This document shows, in pieces, positions 10,339 through 20,065 of a DNA stretch of 64,000 bases. Every line of letters starts with the position of its first letter. Within the stretch, counting starts at the first letter, position 1. The position numbers and the translations under genes were made by a program. Under the pieces are notes generated by a model. It did not search any database. It was not told where the DNA came from and saw only the letters and a program-made list of their open reading frames with translations. The stretch is from an uncultured Aliarcobacter sp. GTDB taxonomy: Bacteria; Campylobacterota; Campylobacteria; Campylobacterales; Arcobacteraceae. The DNA lies in contig CAXXLV010000001.1 in assembly GCA_963664305.2 (NCBI GenBank), forward strand, positions 544,001-608,000, in the 5' to 3' direction.

Positions 10339-11602
10339 ATTGACTAAACTCTCTTTGTAAATTCTCTAAAATTTCTAAAGAGATATCTAATTTTGAACCT
10401 TTAAATTCATAAGAATTATTTTTTAAAATTAATTCAATATTATTATTATCACTTCCAAAACTATTTTCATCATTTAAAATATTTAAACATACAGCATCAA
10501 GATTTTTATTTTCAAGCATTCTTGTAGCACTATTTAATGCAGTAGTCTCATCCATTTCTGCTTTGAAACCAATAGATACAATTCCTTCTTTATCAAGTGA
10601 TTTTAAAATATCCATGTTTTGTTTTAACTCTAAATTCCAGTGTGTTCCAATCAACTCTTTTTTTAGTTTCCCTTCTTGTGGGTATGAGGGTAAATAATCA
10701 CTAACCGCTGCAACCATAAATAAAAATGGTCGTTTTAATATCAATGTTGGAGTTGAATTATCCATTAAAGTTGGTTTTGTAAGAATTCCTTTTTTAGCAA
10801 CTCTAATTGAGTCAACTAAATATTCATACATTTCATCTGAACCTTGAACTTTTATTAAATGTATTCCTTTTGGTAAACTCTCATAACCTCTAGTACTTAC
10901 TAAACAAATATCTGCACCTTTATAATAAAGTGCTGTTGCTAAACTAGTTGCCATTTTTCCAGATGAAAAATTTGAAATATATCTAACATCATCAATCTTT
11001 TCAACTGTTCCACCACCACTTAATACAACTTTTCTATTTACCCAATAACTATCTTTTAAAAGTTCTCTACAAGTTGCATCAAAAATATCATTTGGTTCTG
11101 CCATTGCACCATCACCAACATCTTTACAAACTAACTCTTTTGTTTGTGATGAGATAATTTCATAATTACAAAGTTTAAGCATTTTAAGGCTTGCTTGAGT
11201 AATAGGATTTTTTAACATATTTGTATTTGCTGCTGGTGCTATTAGTTTAATTCTTGGATATGCAAGTGCGGTTTGTAATAATAAATTATTCCCTAAACCA
11301 TTTGCTAAAGCATTTATTGTATTAGCGCTCGCTGGTGCTATTACAAAAATATCAGACCATTTTCCAATATCTATGTGATTATAATCTTGAGTTTTATCCC
11401 AATTTTCACTACTTTCATCTAAAACTCTATTTTGTGAAATTGCTTCAAATGTAATTGGATTTATAAATTTTCTAGCACCTTCAGTCATAATAACTCGCAC
11501 CTTGGCACCAGCTTTTACATAAAGTCTAATAAGTTCTAAAGTTTTATAAATAGCAATTGAACCAGTAACTCCAACTAATATTTTTTTGTTTTTTAAAAGC
11601 AT
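10331..11602 (-). CDS. coaBC: Phosphopantothenoylcysteine decarboxylase/ligase
   Basis: GVTGSIAIYK, APASANT, IDDVRYISNFSSGKM, AAVSDY, GFKAE. Confidence 0.95.
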   Translation of the reverse strand: MLLKNKKILVGVTGSIAIYKTLELIRLYVKAGAKVRVIMTEGARKFINPITFEAISQNRVLDESSENWDKTQDYNHIDIGKWSDIFVIAPASANTINALANGLGNNLLLQTALAYPRIKLIAPAANTNMLKNPITQASLKMLKLCNYEIISSQTKELVCKDVGDGAMAEPNDIFDATCRELLKDSYWVNRKVVLSGGGTVEKIDDVRYISNFSSGKMATSLATALYYKGADICLVSTRGYESLPKGIHLIKVQGSDEMYEYLVDSIRVAKKGILTKPTLMDNSTPTLILKRPFLFMVAAVSDYLPSYPQEGKLKKELIGTHWNLELKQNMDILKSLDKEGIVSIGFKAEMDETTALNSATRMLENKNLDAVCLNILNDENSFGSDNNNIELILKNNSYEFKGSKLDISLEILENLQREFSQYE

Positions 11603-11604
11603 TT

Positions 11605-12903
11605 TTACTTCTTTTTATTTGAAAAATGCTTATAAAAATAACCATCAATTGTTTTTGCTTTTGCACGTGTAAGATATAACTCACCTTTTTTAACGTCACC
11701 AGTTACCGTTGAACCAGCACCAATTAACACATCATCTTCTATATTAACAGGAGCTACAAACTGTGTATCACTTCCAACAAAAACATTTTTCCCTATGATT
11801 GTTTGATGTTTATTCACACCATCATAATTACAAGTAATTGTTCCACATCCAATATTTGTTCCCTCATCTATTGAACAATCTCCAAGATATGATAAATGCC
11901 CAGCTTTTACACCATTTAAAATTGCTTTTTTTGTCTCTACAAAGTTTCCTATATGAGTATTTGTTAGTTCACTTCCTGGTCTTACTCTTCCCATTGGTCC
12001 AACATCACTATCTTTTACAATTGAGTCTTCAACAACAGAATTTGTTTTGATATGAGAGTTTATAATTTTAGCATTTCCAAGTAAACTTACACCATTTTCT
12101 ATGATACTTTCACCTTCAATTTCAACACCCTCTTCTATATAAATAGTATCAGGTAATCTCATAATAACACCAGCTTTTAAGAACTCTTTTTTAATTCTAT
12201 TTTGATGAATAACTTCAGCATCAGCTAATTCTACTTTTGAATTAACTCCTTTAAAATTTTCTTCATTTACAACAAGAGGTTTTAAAACTAATCCTTGATT
12301 TATTGCCATTTCCACTAAATCTGTGATGTAGTACTCTTTTTGTGCATTGTTATTGTCTAATTTTGGAAGATTCTCAAGTAAAAATTTTGTTTCAAATTGA
12401 TAAATCCCTGCATTTGCAGTTGTAATTGCTAACTCTTCAGGAGTTGCATCTTTTTGTTCAACTATTTTTTTAACATTACCATTTTCAATAATTACTCTTC
12501 CATAACCATCTGCACTTTTCAGTTCTAAAACAGACATCACAATCGTTGCATCAATTTCAAATTTTTCCAACTCACTTGCTTGAATTAAAGGCATATCACC
12601 ATTTAAAACTAATACTTTTTCATATTTTGGAACTATTCCCATAACAGCCCCACCAGTTCCTGGGAAATTTAAGTGGTCTTGAATTACAAAATTTATATTT
12701 GAAAAATATTTTTCTATTTCAGCTTTTACACGTTCAAATTGGTGAAATAAAACCACTGTAATATCATCACTTAATTTTAAAGCCTCTTTTATTGAATAAT
12801 ATAACATTGGTTTACCTGAAATCTTATGTAATACCTTTGGAGTATCTGATTTCATTCTAGTTCCTGCACCTGCTGCAAGTATAATTATTGATTTATTAAA
12901 CAT
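11605..12903 (-). CDS. glmU: Bifunctional UDP-GlcNAc pyrophosphorylase/glucosamine-1-P acetyltransferase
   Basis: [35 protein letters not shown], hexapeptide repeats. Confidence 0.97.
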   Translation of the reverse strand: MFNKSIIILAAGAGTRMKSDTPKVLHKISGKPMLYYSIKEALKLSDDITVVLFHQFERVKAEIEKYFSNINFVIQDHLNFPGTGGAVMGIVPKYEKVLVLNGDMPLIQASELEKFEIDATIVMSVLELKSADGYGRVIIENGNVKKIVEQKDATPEELAITTANAGIYQFETKFLLENLPKLDNNNAQKEYYITDLVEMAINQGLVLKPLVVNEENFKGVNSKVELADAEVIHQNRIKKEFLKAGVIMRLPDTIYIEEGVEIEGESIIENGVSLLGNAKIINSHIKTNSVVEDSIVKDSDVGPMGRVRPGSELTNTHIGNFVETKKAILNGVKAGHLSYLGDCSIDEGTNIGCGTITCNYDGVNKHQTIIGKNVFVGSDTQFVAPVNIEDDVLIGAGSTVTGDVKKGELYLTRAKAKTIDGYFYKHFSNKKK

Positions 12904-12913
12904 TCTTTTCCTT

Positions 12914-14848
12914 CTAAATTAATACTTCATTTACTTCTTTTTTTAAATTCTCAACTACCTCTTCTAAGGCATTTTTCATCTTACTGTCATTTACATTTGC
13001 ACTTAATAATTTATCCAAATTTTTTTCTCTATCTTTGAAAAATTGTGCAACTTTTCTATTCTTTGGATTTCTATTATACATTAAAACTCCAGAAGCAACT
13101 AAGGCAATTACCAATCTTGCATGCCCAAAAATTGCTGCATAATTTAATAAAGTAAATCCTGAATTATCAGGTTGATTCATATCTGCACCAGCAGAGATAA
13201 GCCATCTTGCTATTTTATAATTCCCATGCCATTGCGTATGATGAAGAGCTGTTCTTCCATGAATATCTTTTATTGTTAAATCAGCTTTTTTTGTCAAAAG
13301 TTTTTCTACAACAACTAAATCATCAGCAATTACAGCTTTATGAATTACAGTTCTTCCGTCATTATCTTGAATATCTATATTTACTCTATACTTTAAAAAA
13401 TTAACCAATCTTTCAATAAATGATTCTCTTTCTCTTTTCTCTTTTAGTTTTATTCCCTCTTCTACCATATACATCAAAGGAGTAGAGCCATTTTTATCTG
13501 TAATATTCAGATTTACACCATAATTAATAATTGTTCTTAATGTTTCAAAATCATTATATAAAACAACATCAAATAAAATATTTTTTCCATCTAATCTTTG
13601 AGTCTCAATATTTGGTCGATAAGTTAATATTTTTTTTAGTAAAACATCATACTTTTCATCTTCTTTTATCAATTGTGTCAATATTGGATTTGATTTTTTA
13701 AATCCTTTATTAATTGCAATTATCTCAACTATATCATCAACTACACTTCTTTCATCCAAATCTCTTGCATCAAGATTTGCACCTTTAGAGACTAAAAAAT
13801 CTATCATTTTATAGTTTGAATATCCTTTTAGAATCTCTTTATAAACTATATTTTTATTATTCTCATCACTAAAATTGACATTCGCACCACAATTTACTAA
13901 AAATTCTGCATTAGAGAAATTTTTATTTTCTATTTCTCTTTGTAATGTAGTTTTACCATCTTCATGAATCTTATCTATTTCTAAACCATTATCAATAAAT
14001 AAAAGTGCTAATGGTAAATAATCTTTATCCAAAGTTATAAGTTTATATTTCCCTTCTAACTCTTTTTGCTCATTTTTTTGTAAATCAACAATATATAAAA
14101 GTTCATCTATTATATTTTTATTAAAATTATCAACAAGATTTATATTTATATTTTTTTTGATTAAAAGCTCAATTAAAGGAATTGCTTTTGAACCTTGTAA
14201 AATTGCATTAAAAAGAACATTTTGTCCATTTCTATCTAAAAAGTTTACATTTGCACCATTTAAAATAAGCGTTAATGCAATATTTATATCTTCTTTTAGA
14301 ACTGCTCTAAAAAGTGCTGTTTGTGAATTTTCATCTAAAGTATTTAAAGTATCTAAATTATTAACTATATCTTTTAAAATAGTTAAATTTTCACCTTCAA
14401 CAGCATCAAATAAAACAGTTTTTCCATAACCATCTTTTATATTAAAATCAGGATTATATGTTATTAATATTTGGAACATTTTAAGATTTGCAAGTAAAGC
14501 CATATCTTGTAAAATAGTTCGTCCTGAACTATTTTTTCTATTTATATCAAAACCATTTTCAAGAAAAAACCTAACCATAATTCCATCAGTTCTTTCACAA
14601 GCATCATCTAAAACAGTTTTTCCATAATTATCTTCTATATAAAAATTAGCACCGTTTTTTAATAAGATTCTAATTGCGTCTAATTTCTTTTTTGCAGATA
14701 AAGAAAAAAGGATTGTTCTTCCTTTTTCATCTTTTTTGTTTAAATCAATACCTCTATTTATATATCTTTGGATTTTATTTACATCTAAATTTTCAGAGAA
14801 TAACTCTTTATAAAAAAGGTCTTCATTTACCTTAAAAAGATTAAACAC
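12914..14848 (-). CDS. Ankyrin-repeat protein (GTG start)
   Basis: Many ~33-aa repeats of type D-x-x-G-x-T-x-L-(F/H)...G-A-(N/D)-x-N; TATAAT and SD AAAGGA upstream. Confidence 0.88.
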   Translation of the reverse strand: MFNLFKVNEDLFYKELFSENLDVNKIQRYINRGIDLNKKDEKGRTILFSLSAKKKLDAIRILLKNGANFYIEDNYGKTVLDDACERTDGIMVRFFLENGFDINRKNSSGRTILQDMALLANLKMFQILITYNPDFNIKDGYGKTVLFDAVEGENLTILKDIVNNLDTLNTLDENSQTALFRAVLKEDINIALTLILNGANVNFLDRNGQNVLFNAILQGSKAIPLIELLIKKNININLVDNFNKNIIDELLYIVDLQKNEQKELEGKYKLITLDKDYLPLALLFIDNGLEIDKIHEDGKTTLQREIENKNFSNAEFLVNCGANVNFSDENNKNIVYKEILKGYSNYKMIDFLVSKGANLDARDLDERSVVDDIVEIIAINKGFKKSNPILTQLIKEDEKYDVLLKKILTYRPNIETQRLDGKNILFDVVLYNDFETLRTIINYGVNLNITDKNGSTPLMYMVEEGIKLKEKRERESFIERLVNFLKYRVNIDIQDNDGRTVIHKAVIADDLVVVEKLLTKKADLTIKDIHGRTALHHTQWHGNYKIARWLISAGADMNQPDNSGFTLLNYAAIFGHARLVIALVASGVLMYNRNPKNRKVAQFFKDREKNLDKLLSANVNDSKMKNALEEVVENLKKEVNEVLI

Positions 14849-14907
14849 TAAAACATTCCTTTATATATTATACTTTTGTTAAACTATACATTTTAGCTAA
14901 TTTTTGA

Positions 14908-16479
14908 TTAAATTGTTTTTCGCCTTCTTGGTTTGAAATCTTTTTTTCTTTCTGTTTCTTTTTTTTCTCCAAAAGGTTTTCTTTTTCTAAAAGTTCTTTC
15001 AGAATTATCTTCTTCTACTAAATTACCTTTTAAAGACTTTTCAATAAAACTATTAAATGAATTTCTTAAAATATATGCCTTATCATGGTCTGGAAAAAGT
15101 TCTGGAAGTTTATATGAAAGCCAAAGATACAAAGATATTTTTTTAACTTCATCTTCAACTAAAAGCAAATCTTTTTGAGTTATCGCTTTTTTAGGAAGTG
15201 TAATAGAAGGTTTATAGTGACAAACTCTTTTTTTAATTACACTTGCAATATATGCCTCATAAGCTTGTAAAATAATTGTTGATTTTGTAGTAATTGGAGC
15301 TTGGGCAAGAAGATATTTATCCTCAAGTTTTAAATTATATCTTGTATCAACTATTTTTGCAGCTTCAAGCATTGATGAAATATTTGCGGCTCTAAATGGT
15401 CCAGAAAAATACATATTGTCTGCAAAAAATTTTAATACTTTTGTTAAAGAATTAGTTTTTATATGACTTGCTAACGCTTCTAATTGATTGTTATTTATTT
15501 TTACTTTAAATGGCGGTTTTATGGTTCTTATTGGAGATTCAAATTCTTGAGCTATATAAGCTAAAACATCTCTTCTAGTTGCACCTAAATAACCAGCTTC
15601 AAAATGCCCATATCTTCCTGCTCGTCCTGCTATTTGAACTATTTCATTAACTGTTATTTTTCTTCTACTCTTTCCATCAAACTTTTCATCTGTTGTAAAT
15701 AAAATAGTTTTAATTGGAAGATTTAAACCCATTGCAATTGCATCTGTTGCAATTAGAATTTGTGTTTTTTTCTCTCTAAATCTTTTTGCTTCATCTCGTC
15801 TTACTTCAGGAGACAAATTTCCATAAATAACAGAAACCGAATACTTCTTTTGAAGTTTTTGTTTTAATTTTAAAACATCACTTCTTGAAAAGGCAATCAA
15901 TGCTGTTCCATCTTCAAGTTTTTCTAAAGGAGTCCATTTTGGTAAAACTTTTAACTCATTTTTTCTTTGATGTTTTATAATTTCTAATTCTTCACCCAAA
16001 TAAGTTGCTATTCTTTTGATAGCATCAAGGGCATTGACACTTCCTGTCATAATGATTTTTTTAGCAGGACATCCAATAATGGCATTTACCCAAGCCCAAC
16101 CTCTATCAACATCTTCAAGCATTTGAACTTCATCAATAACAGCAACATCAACATCTAAATCAAAATCTAACATTTCAATAGTTGAACAAACATGTGCTGC
16201 TTCTTCATCTAACATTTGTTCTTCACCAGTAATAAGTGATGCTTTTATTTTTGATTCTTTTAAATCTTCATAACCTTCTAATGCCAAAAGTCGTAAAGGT
16301 GCCAAATAAAGTCCAGAATTTGCATCTTTTAATTTTTGCATTGCATTATATGTTTTCCCACTATTAGTAGGTCCCACATAAAACTCCAGTTTTCGATTTA
16401 GACTTCTTGCTAATGGATATAAAGTTTTTAAATCACAGTTTAATAAGGTTTGTAGTTGTTCTTGCCAATTTTCTTTCAT
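14908..16479 (-). CDS. Suv3-like SF2 RNA/DNA helicase
   Basis: GPTNSGKT, PLRLLA, CSTIEM, IDEVQM, RGWAW, ATDAIAMGLN, QIAGRAGR: the Suv3 signature set. Confidence 0.9.
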   Translation of the reverse strand: MKENWQEQLQTLLNCDLKTLYPLARSLNRKLEFYVGPTNSGKTYNAMQKLKDANSGLYLAPLRLLALEGYEDLKESKIKASLITGEEQMLDEEAAHVCSTIEMLDFDLDVDVAVIDEVQMLEDVDRGWAWVNAIIGCPAKKIIMTGSVNALDAIKRIATYLGEELEIIKHQRKNELKVLPKWTPLEKLEDGTALIAFSRSDVLKLKQKLQKKYSVSVIYGNLSPEVRRDEAKRFREKKTQILIATDAIAMGLNLPIKTILFTTDEKFDGKSRRKITVNEIVQIAGRAGRYGHFEAGYLGATRRDVLAYIAQEFESPIRTIKPPFKVKINNNQLEALASHIKTNSLTKVLKFFADNMYFSGPFRAANISSMLEAAKIVDTRYNLKLEDKYLLAQAPITTKSTIILQAYEAYIASVIKKRVCHYKPSITLPKKAITQKDLLLVEDEVKKISLYLWLSYKLPELFPDHDKAYILRNSFNSFIEKSLKGNLVEEDNSERTFRKRKPFGEKKETERKKDFKPRRRKTI

Positions 16480-16534
16480 AGGCGTATTATATACAATAGA
16501 ATATAATACAAGTTTAAATAAATGAAGGACTTTA

Positions 16535-17656
16535 ATGAATTGTAAATATTTTGGTATTTGTGCATCTTGTACACTTTTTGATAAAACTTATGAAGAACAA
16601 TTAAACTACAAAATAGAAAGAGAGAAAAATAGATTTTCAAACTTTACAACAATGGATTTTGATATCATAAAAAGTAGTGAGAAAAACTTTAGAAATCGCG
16701 CAGAATTTAGGATTTGGTGGGATAAAGATGAAAATGGAAATGAAATTTTATCTTATGCGATGAATGATTTAAAAAAAAATATCTTAAAAATCGATTCATG
16801 TGAAATAGTTAGTTCTCATATTCAAGAAATTATGCCAAAACTGATATTTGAACTAGAAAAAGATTTAATTCTTTCTTATAAACTTTTTGCAGTTGAATTT
16901 TTAGGAAGTACTACAAAAGATTTACTTATAACTTTAATTTATCACAAAAAATTAGATGAAGAATGGAACAAAAAAGCAAAAGAGATTGAGTTAGCACTAA
17001 ATATCAAAATCATGGGAAGAAGTAGAAAACAAAAAATAGTTCTTAGTTCTGAGTCAATAAATGAAACATTACATATAAATAACAAAAATTTCAAATTTGC
17101 CTACCAAGAAGGTGGTTTTACTCAACCAAATACAAATGTAAATATTCAAATGATTGAATGGGTTTTAAATAATATTAAAAATTCATCAAAAGATTTATGT
17201 GAACTTTATTGTGGTGGAGGTAATTTTACTATTCCACTATCTACAAAATTTAACAAAGTTTTAGCAACTGAAATTTCAAAAACTTCTATAAAATCTGCTT
17301 TAAAAAATTGTGAACTAAATAATATAGAAACTATTAGCTTTATTAGAATGAGTGCAGAAGAGTTTGTACAAGCATTAAATGAAGTAAGACCATTTAATAG
17401 ATTGAAAGATATAAATTTAAAAGATTATAACTTTGATACTATTTTTATGGATCCACCACGTTCAGGTTTAGATGATACAACAAGAGGATTAGCAAAAGAT
17501 TTTGAAAATATAATATATATTTCTTGTAATCCTGAAACTTTACATAGGGATTTAGAAGAGTTAACAAAAACCCATGAACTCGTAAAATTCGCACTATTTG
17601 ATCAATTTGCATTTACAAATCATATTGAAAGTGGAGTAATTCTGAAAAAAAAATAA
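16535..17656 (+). CDS. trmA: tRNA (uridine(54)-C5)-methyltransferase
   Basis: FRNRAEFRIW, FTQPN, ELYCGGGNF, DPPRSG, YISCNPETL, DQFAFTNHIE. Confidence 0.93.
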   Translation: MNCKYFGICASCTLFDKTYEEQLNYKIEREKNRFSNFTTMDFDIIKSSEKNFRNRAEFRIWWDKDENGNEILSYAMNDLKKNILKIDSCEIVSSHIQEIMPKLIFELEKDLILSYKLFAVEFLGSTTKDLLITLIYHKKLDEEWNKKAKEIELALNIKIMGRSRKQKIVLSSESINETLHINNKNFKFAYQEGGFTQPNTNVNIQMIEWVLNNIKNSSKDLCELYCGGGNFTIPLSTKFNKVLATEISKTSIKSALKNCELNNIETISFIRMSAEEFVQALNEVRPFNRLKDINLKDYNFDTIFMDPPRSGLDDTTRGLAKDFENIIYISCNPETLHRDLEELTKTHELVKFALFDQFAFTNHIESGVILKKK

Positions 17657-17685
17657 CTATTTTAATCTAATTTTAAGAAATGCAG

Positions 17686-17694
17686 TGTCATAAT
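17686..17694 (+). promoter_or_regulatory. Putative extended -10 promoter of first flagellin
   Basis: TGTCATAAT (TGn-CATAAT), conserved in the second copy at 18999-19007; no sigma28 or sigma54 consensus recognised. Confidence 0.5.
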
Positions 17695-17700
17695 TTCATT

Positions 17701-17828
17701 ATAAAAATTAGGGATCAATGGATTCCGAAGAGATGAAAAGCTTTCTTCTCTATGCTTGGTGGTACAAGAATGTTTGAAGTTGTGATTTAATTTTATTAGT
17801 CACAATATGTAATTAAAAAGGATTTATT
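17701..17828 (+). ncRNA. Putative structured 5' leader of flagellin 1
   Basis: Four hairpins (17711-17726, 17729-17751, 17755-17768, 17780-17805); pairing conserved in the second copy. Confidence 0.55.
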
Positions 17829-18707
17829 ATGAGAATTAATACAAACGTTTCATCTTTAACAGCTCAAGAAGCTGCATCAAACACATCAAAAAGAATTACT
17901 GGTTCATTAGAAAAGCTTTCTACTGGTTTAAGAATTAACAAAGCTTCTGATGATGCTTCTGGTCTTGCTATTGCTGATAAATTAAGAACTCAAGCTACAT
18001 CAATTAATCAAGGTATTGCAAATGGTAACTCTGCAGTTTCTTTATTACAAATTGCTGATAAATCAATGGCTGAGCAATCAAACATTCTTGATACAGTTAA
18101 AGCTAAATTAATTCAAGCTAATACAGATACAACTTCTGATGATGGTAAATTATCTATTGCAAAAGATATTAATAAACTTTTAGATCAGTTAAATAATATT
18201 GCGAAACAAACAAACTATAATGGTACAACTCTATTACAAAAAAATAGAAACTCTGCTGTTTCTCAAACTGGTTTATCATTCCAAGTTGGGGAAAACAGAT
18301 CTGATACTATTAAAACAGCAAGTATTAACTCTAATACAACTGGTTTAAAATTAACTACGTTAAAATCAGGTGTTAGTGCAGCTGCTGCTCTTACAGCTGG
18401 AGCAATTGATACAAAATTTGGTAAAACAATTATTTCTGCTGCACAAAAATTAGTTGATGATGCAATTTCTAAACTAAATGGATATAGAGGGGACATGGGT
18501 TCTACTCAAAATCAAGTTGAATCTGCTGTTAGAAACTTAATGACTCAATCTACAAACGTAAGTGCTGCTGAGTCAATTATTAGAGATGTTGATTATGCAC
18601 AAGAGTCTGCAAACTTTAATAAACAAAACATTATTTCTCAAGCTGGTTCATATGCAATCAGTCAAGCAAATTCTGTTCAACAAAACGTATTAAGATTATT
18701 ACAATAA
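17829..18707 (+). CDS. flaA: Flagellin (first copy; A/B naming by order only)
   Basis: MRINTNVSSL, LSTGLRINKASDDASGLAI, IRDVDYAQE, VLRLLQ. Confidence 0.96.
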   Translation: MRINTNVSSLTAQEAASNTSKRITGSLEKLSTGLRINKASDDASGLAIADKLRTQATSINQGIANGNSAVSLLQIADKSMAEQSNILDTVKAKLIQANTDTTSDDGKLSIAKDINKLLDQLNNIAKQTNYNGTTLLQKNRNSAVSQTGLSFQVGENRSDTIKTASINSNTTGLKLTTLKSGVSAAAALTAGAIDTKFGKTIISAAQKLVDDAISKLNGYRGDMGSTQNQVESAVRNLMTQSTNVSAAESIIRDVDYAQESANFNKQNIISQAGSYAISQANSVQQNVLRLLQ

Positions 18708-18717
18708 TCTTCTTCTT

Positions 18718-18748
18718 AAAAAGAGTGAGTTTTTCTCACTCTTTTTTT
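18718..18748 (+). terminator. Intrinsic terminator after flagellin 1
   Basis: AAAAAGAGTGAG-ttttt-CTCACTCTTTTTTT. Confidence 0.88.
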
Positions 18749-18809
18749 ATATTACTCTTTCTAAACAATATTAATCTTACAAAATTTAGACTATAAACAA
18801 AAGTTTTAA

Positions 18810-18943
18810 CAAAAGATTTTGAAAATATAATATATATTTCTTGTAATCCTGAAACTTTACATAGGGATTTAGAAGAGTTAACAAAAACCCATGAACTCGT
18901 AAAATTCGCACTATTTGATCAATTTGCATTTACAAATCATATT
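18810..18943 (+). pseudogene. Duplicated 3' fragment of trmA
   Basis: 134 bp identical to 17493-17626 (KDFENIIYISCNPETLHRD...FTNHI); no start codon. Confidence 0.88.
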
Positions 18944-19013
18944 AAAGTAGAGTTATTAAAAAAAAACTACATAATTAATCTAATTTTAAGAAATGCAGTG
19001 TCATAATTTCATT

Positions 19014-19144
19014 ATAAAGATTAGGGGTCAATAGATTCCGAAGAGATGAAAAGCTTTCTTCTCTATGCTTGGTGATACAAGAATGTTTAAGGCTGTAATT
19101 TAAATTCTTAGATTACAATGTGTCATAATTAAAAAGGATTTATT
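19014..19144 (+). ncRNA. Putative structured 5' leader of flagellin 2
   Basis: Paralogous to 17701-17828 with structure-preserving substitutions. Confidence 0.55.
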
Positions 19145-20023
19145 ATGAGAATCAATACAAACGTTTCATCTTTAACAGCTCAAGAAGCTGCATCAAACAC
19201 AACTAAAAAAATTACTGGTTCATTAGAAAAACTTTCTACTGGTTTAAGAATTAACAAAGCTTCGGATGATGCTTCTGGTCTTGCTATTGCTGATAAATTA
19301 AGAACTCAAGCTACATCAATTAATCAAGGTATTGCAAATGGTAACTCTGCAGTTTCTTTATTACAAATTGCTGATAAATCAATGGCTGAGCAATCAAACA
19401 TTCTTGATACAATTAAAGCTAAATTAATTCAAGCTAATACAGATACAACTTCTGATGATGGTAAATTATCTATTGCAAAAGATGTTAATAAACTTTTAGA
19501 TCAGTTAAATAATATTGCGAAACAAACAAACTATAATGGTACAACTCTATTACAAAAAAATAGAAACTCTGCTGTTTCTCAAACTGGTTTATCATTCCAA
19601 GTTGGGGAAAACAGAGCAGACACTATTAAAACAGCAAGTATTAACTCTAATACAACTGGTTTAAAATTAACTACACTTAAAAAAGGTGTTAGTGCGGCTG
19701 CTAAAACTACAGCTGGAGCAATTGATACTAACTTTGGTAAAACAATTATTTCTGCTGCACAAAAATTAGTTGATGATGCAATTTCTAAACTAAATGGATA
19801 TAGAGGGGACATGGGTTCTACTCAAAACCAAGTTGAATCTGCTGTTAGAAACTTAATGACTCAAGCTACAAACGTAAGTGCTGCTGAGTCAATTATTAGA
19901 GATGTTGATTATGCACAAGAGTCTGCAAACTTTAATAAACAAAACATTATTTCTCAAGCTGGTTCATATGCAATCAGTCAAGCAAATTCTGTTCAACAAA
20001 ACGTATTAAGATTATTACAATAA
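19145..20023 (+). CDS. flaB: Flagellin (second copy)
   Basis: 292 aa; 10 amino-acid differences from the first copy by manual alignment. Confidence 0.96.
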   Translation: MRINTNVSSLTAQEAASNTTKKITGSLEKLSTGLRINKASDDASGLAIADKLRTQATSINQGIANGNSAVSLLQIADKSMAEQSNILDTIKAKLIQANTDTTSDDGKLSIAKDVNKLLDQLNNIAKQTNYNGTTLLQKNRNSAVSQTGLSFQVGENRADTIKTASINSNTTGLKLTTLKKGVSAAAKTTAGAIDTNFGKTIISAAQKLVDDAISKLNGYRGDMGSTQNQVESAVRNLMTQATNVSAAESIIRDVDYAQESANFNKQNIISQAGSYAISQANSVQQNVLRLLQ

Positions 20024-20034
20024 TCTTTCTTCTT

Positions 20035-20065
20035 AAAAAGAGTGAGTTTTTCTCACTCTTTTTTT
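20035..20065. terminator. Bidirectional terminator between flagellin 2 and maf
   Basis: AAAAAGAGTGAG-ttttt-CTCACTCTTTTTTT abutting the maf stop codon. Confidence 0.88.

Larger units (their letters stand above)
17493..18768 (+). repeat. Tandem duplication unit, copy 1 (trmA 3' end, leader, flagellin, terminator, maf 3' tail)
   Basis: Near-identical to 18810-20085; first 134 bp identical by eye. Confidence 0.9.

Noticed and set aside
17660..17828. Sigma28/sigma54 promoter or c-di-GMP riboswitch upstream of flagellin
   Set aside because: No TAAA-N15-GCCGATAA, no GG-N10-GC in a TGGCAC/TTGC context, and no recognisable c-di-GMP-I or -II core. An Infernal search would be needed to exclude these formally.
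18263..19812. Two similar 77-aa antisense ORFs (18263-18496, 19579-19812)
   Set aside because: They are the reverse frame of the duplicated flagellins; their similarity is explained by the duplication.
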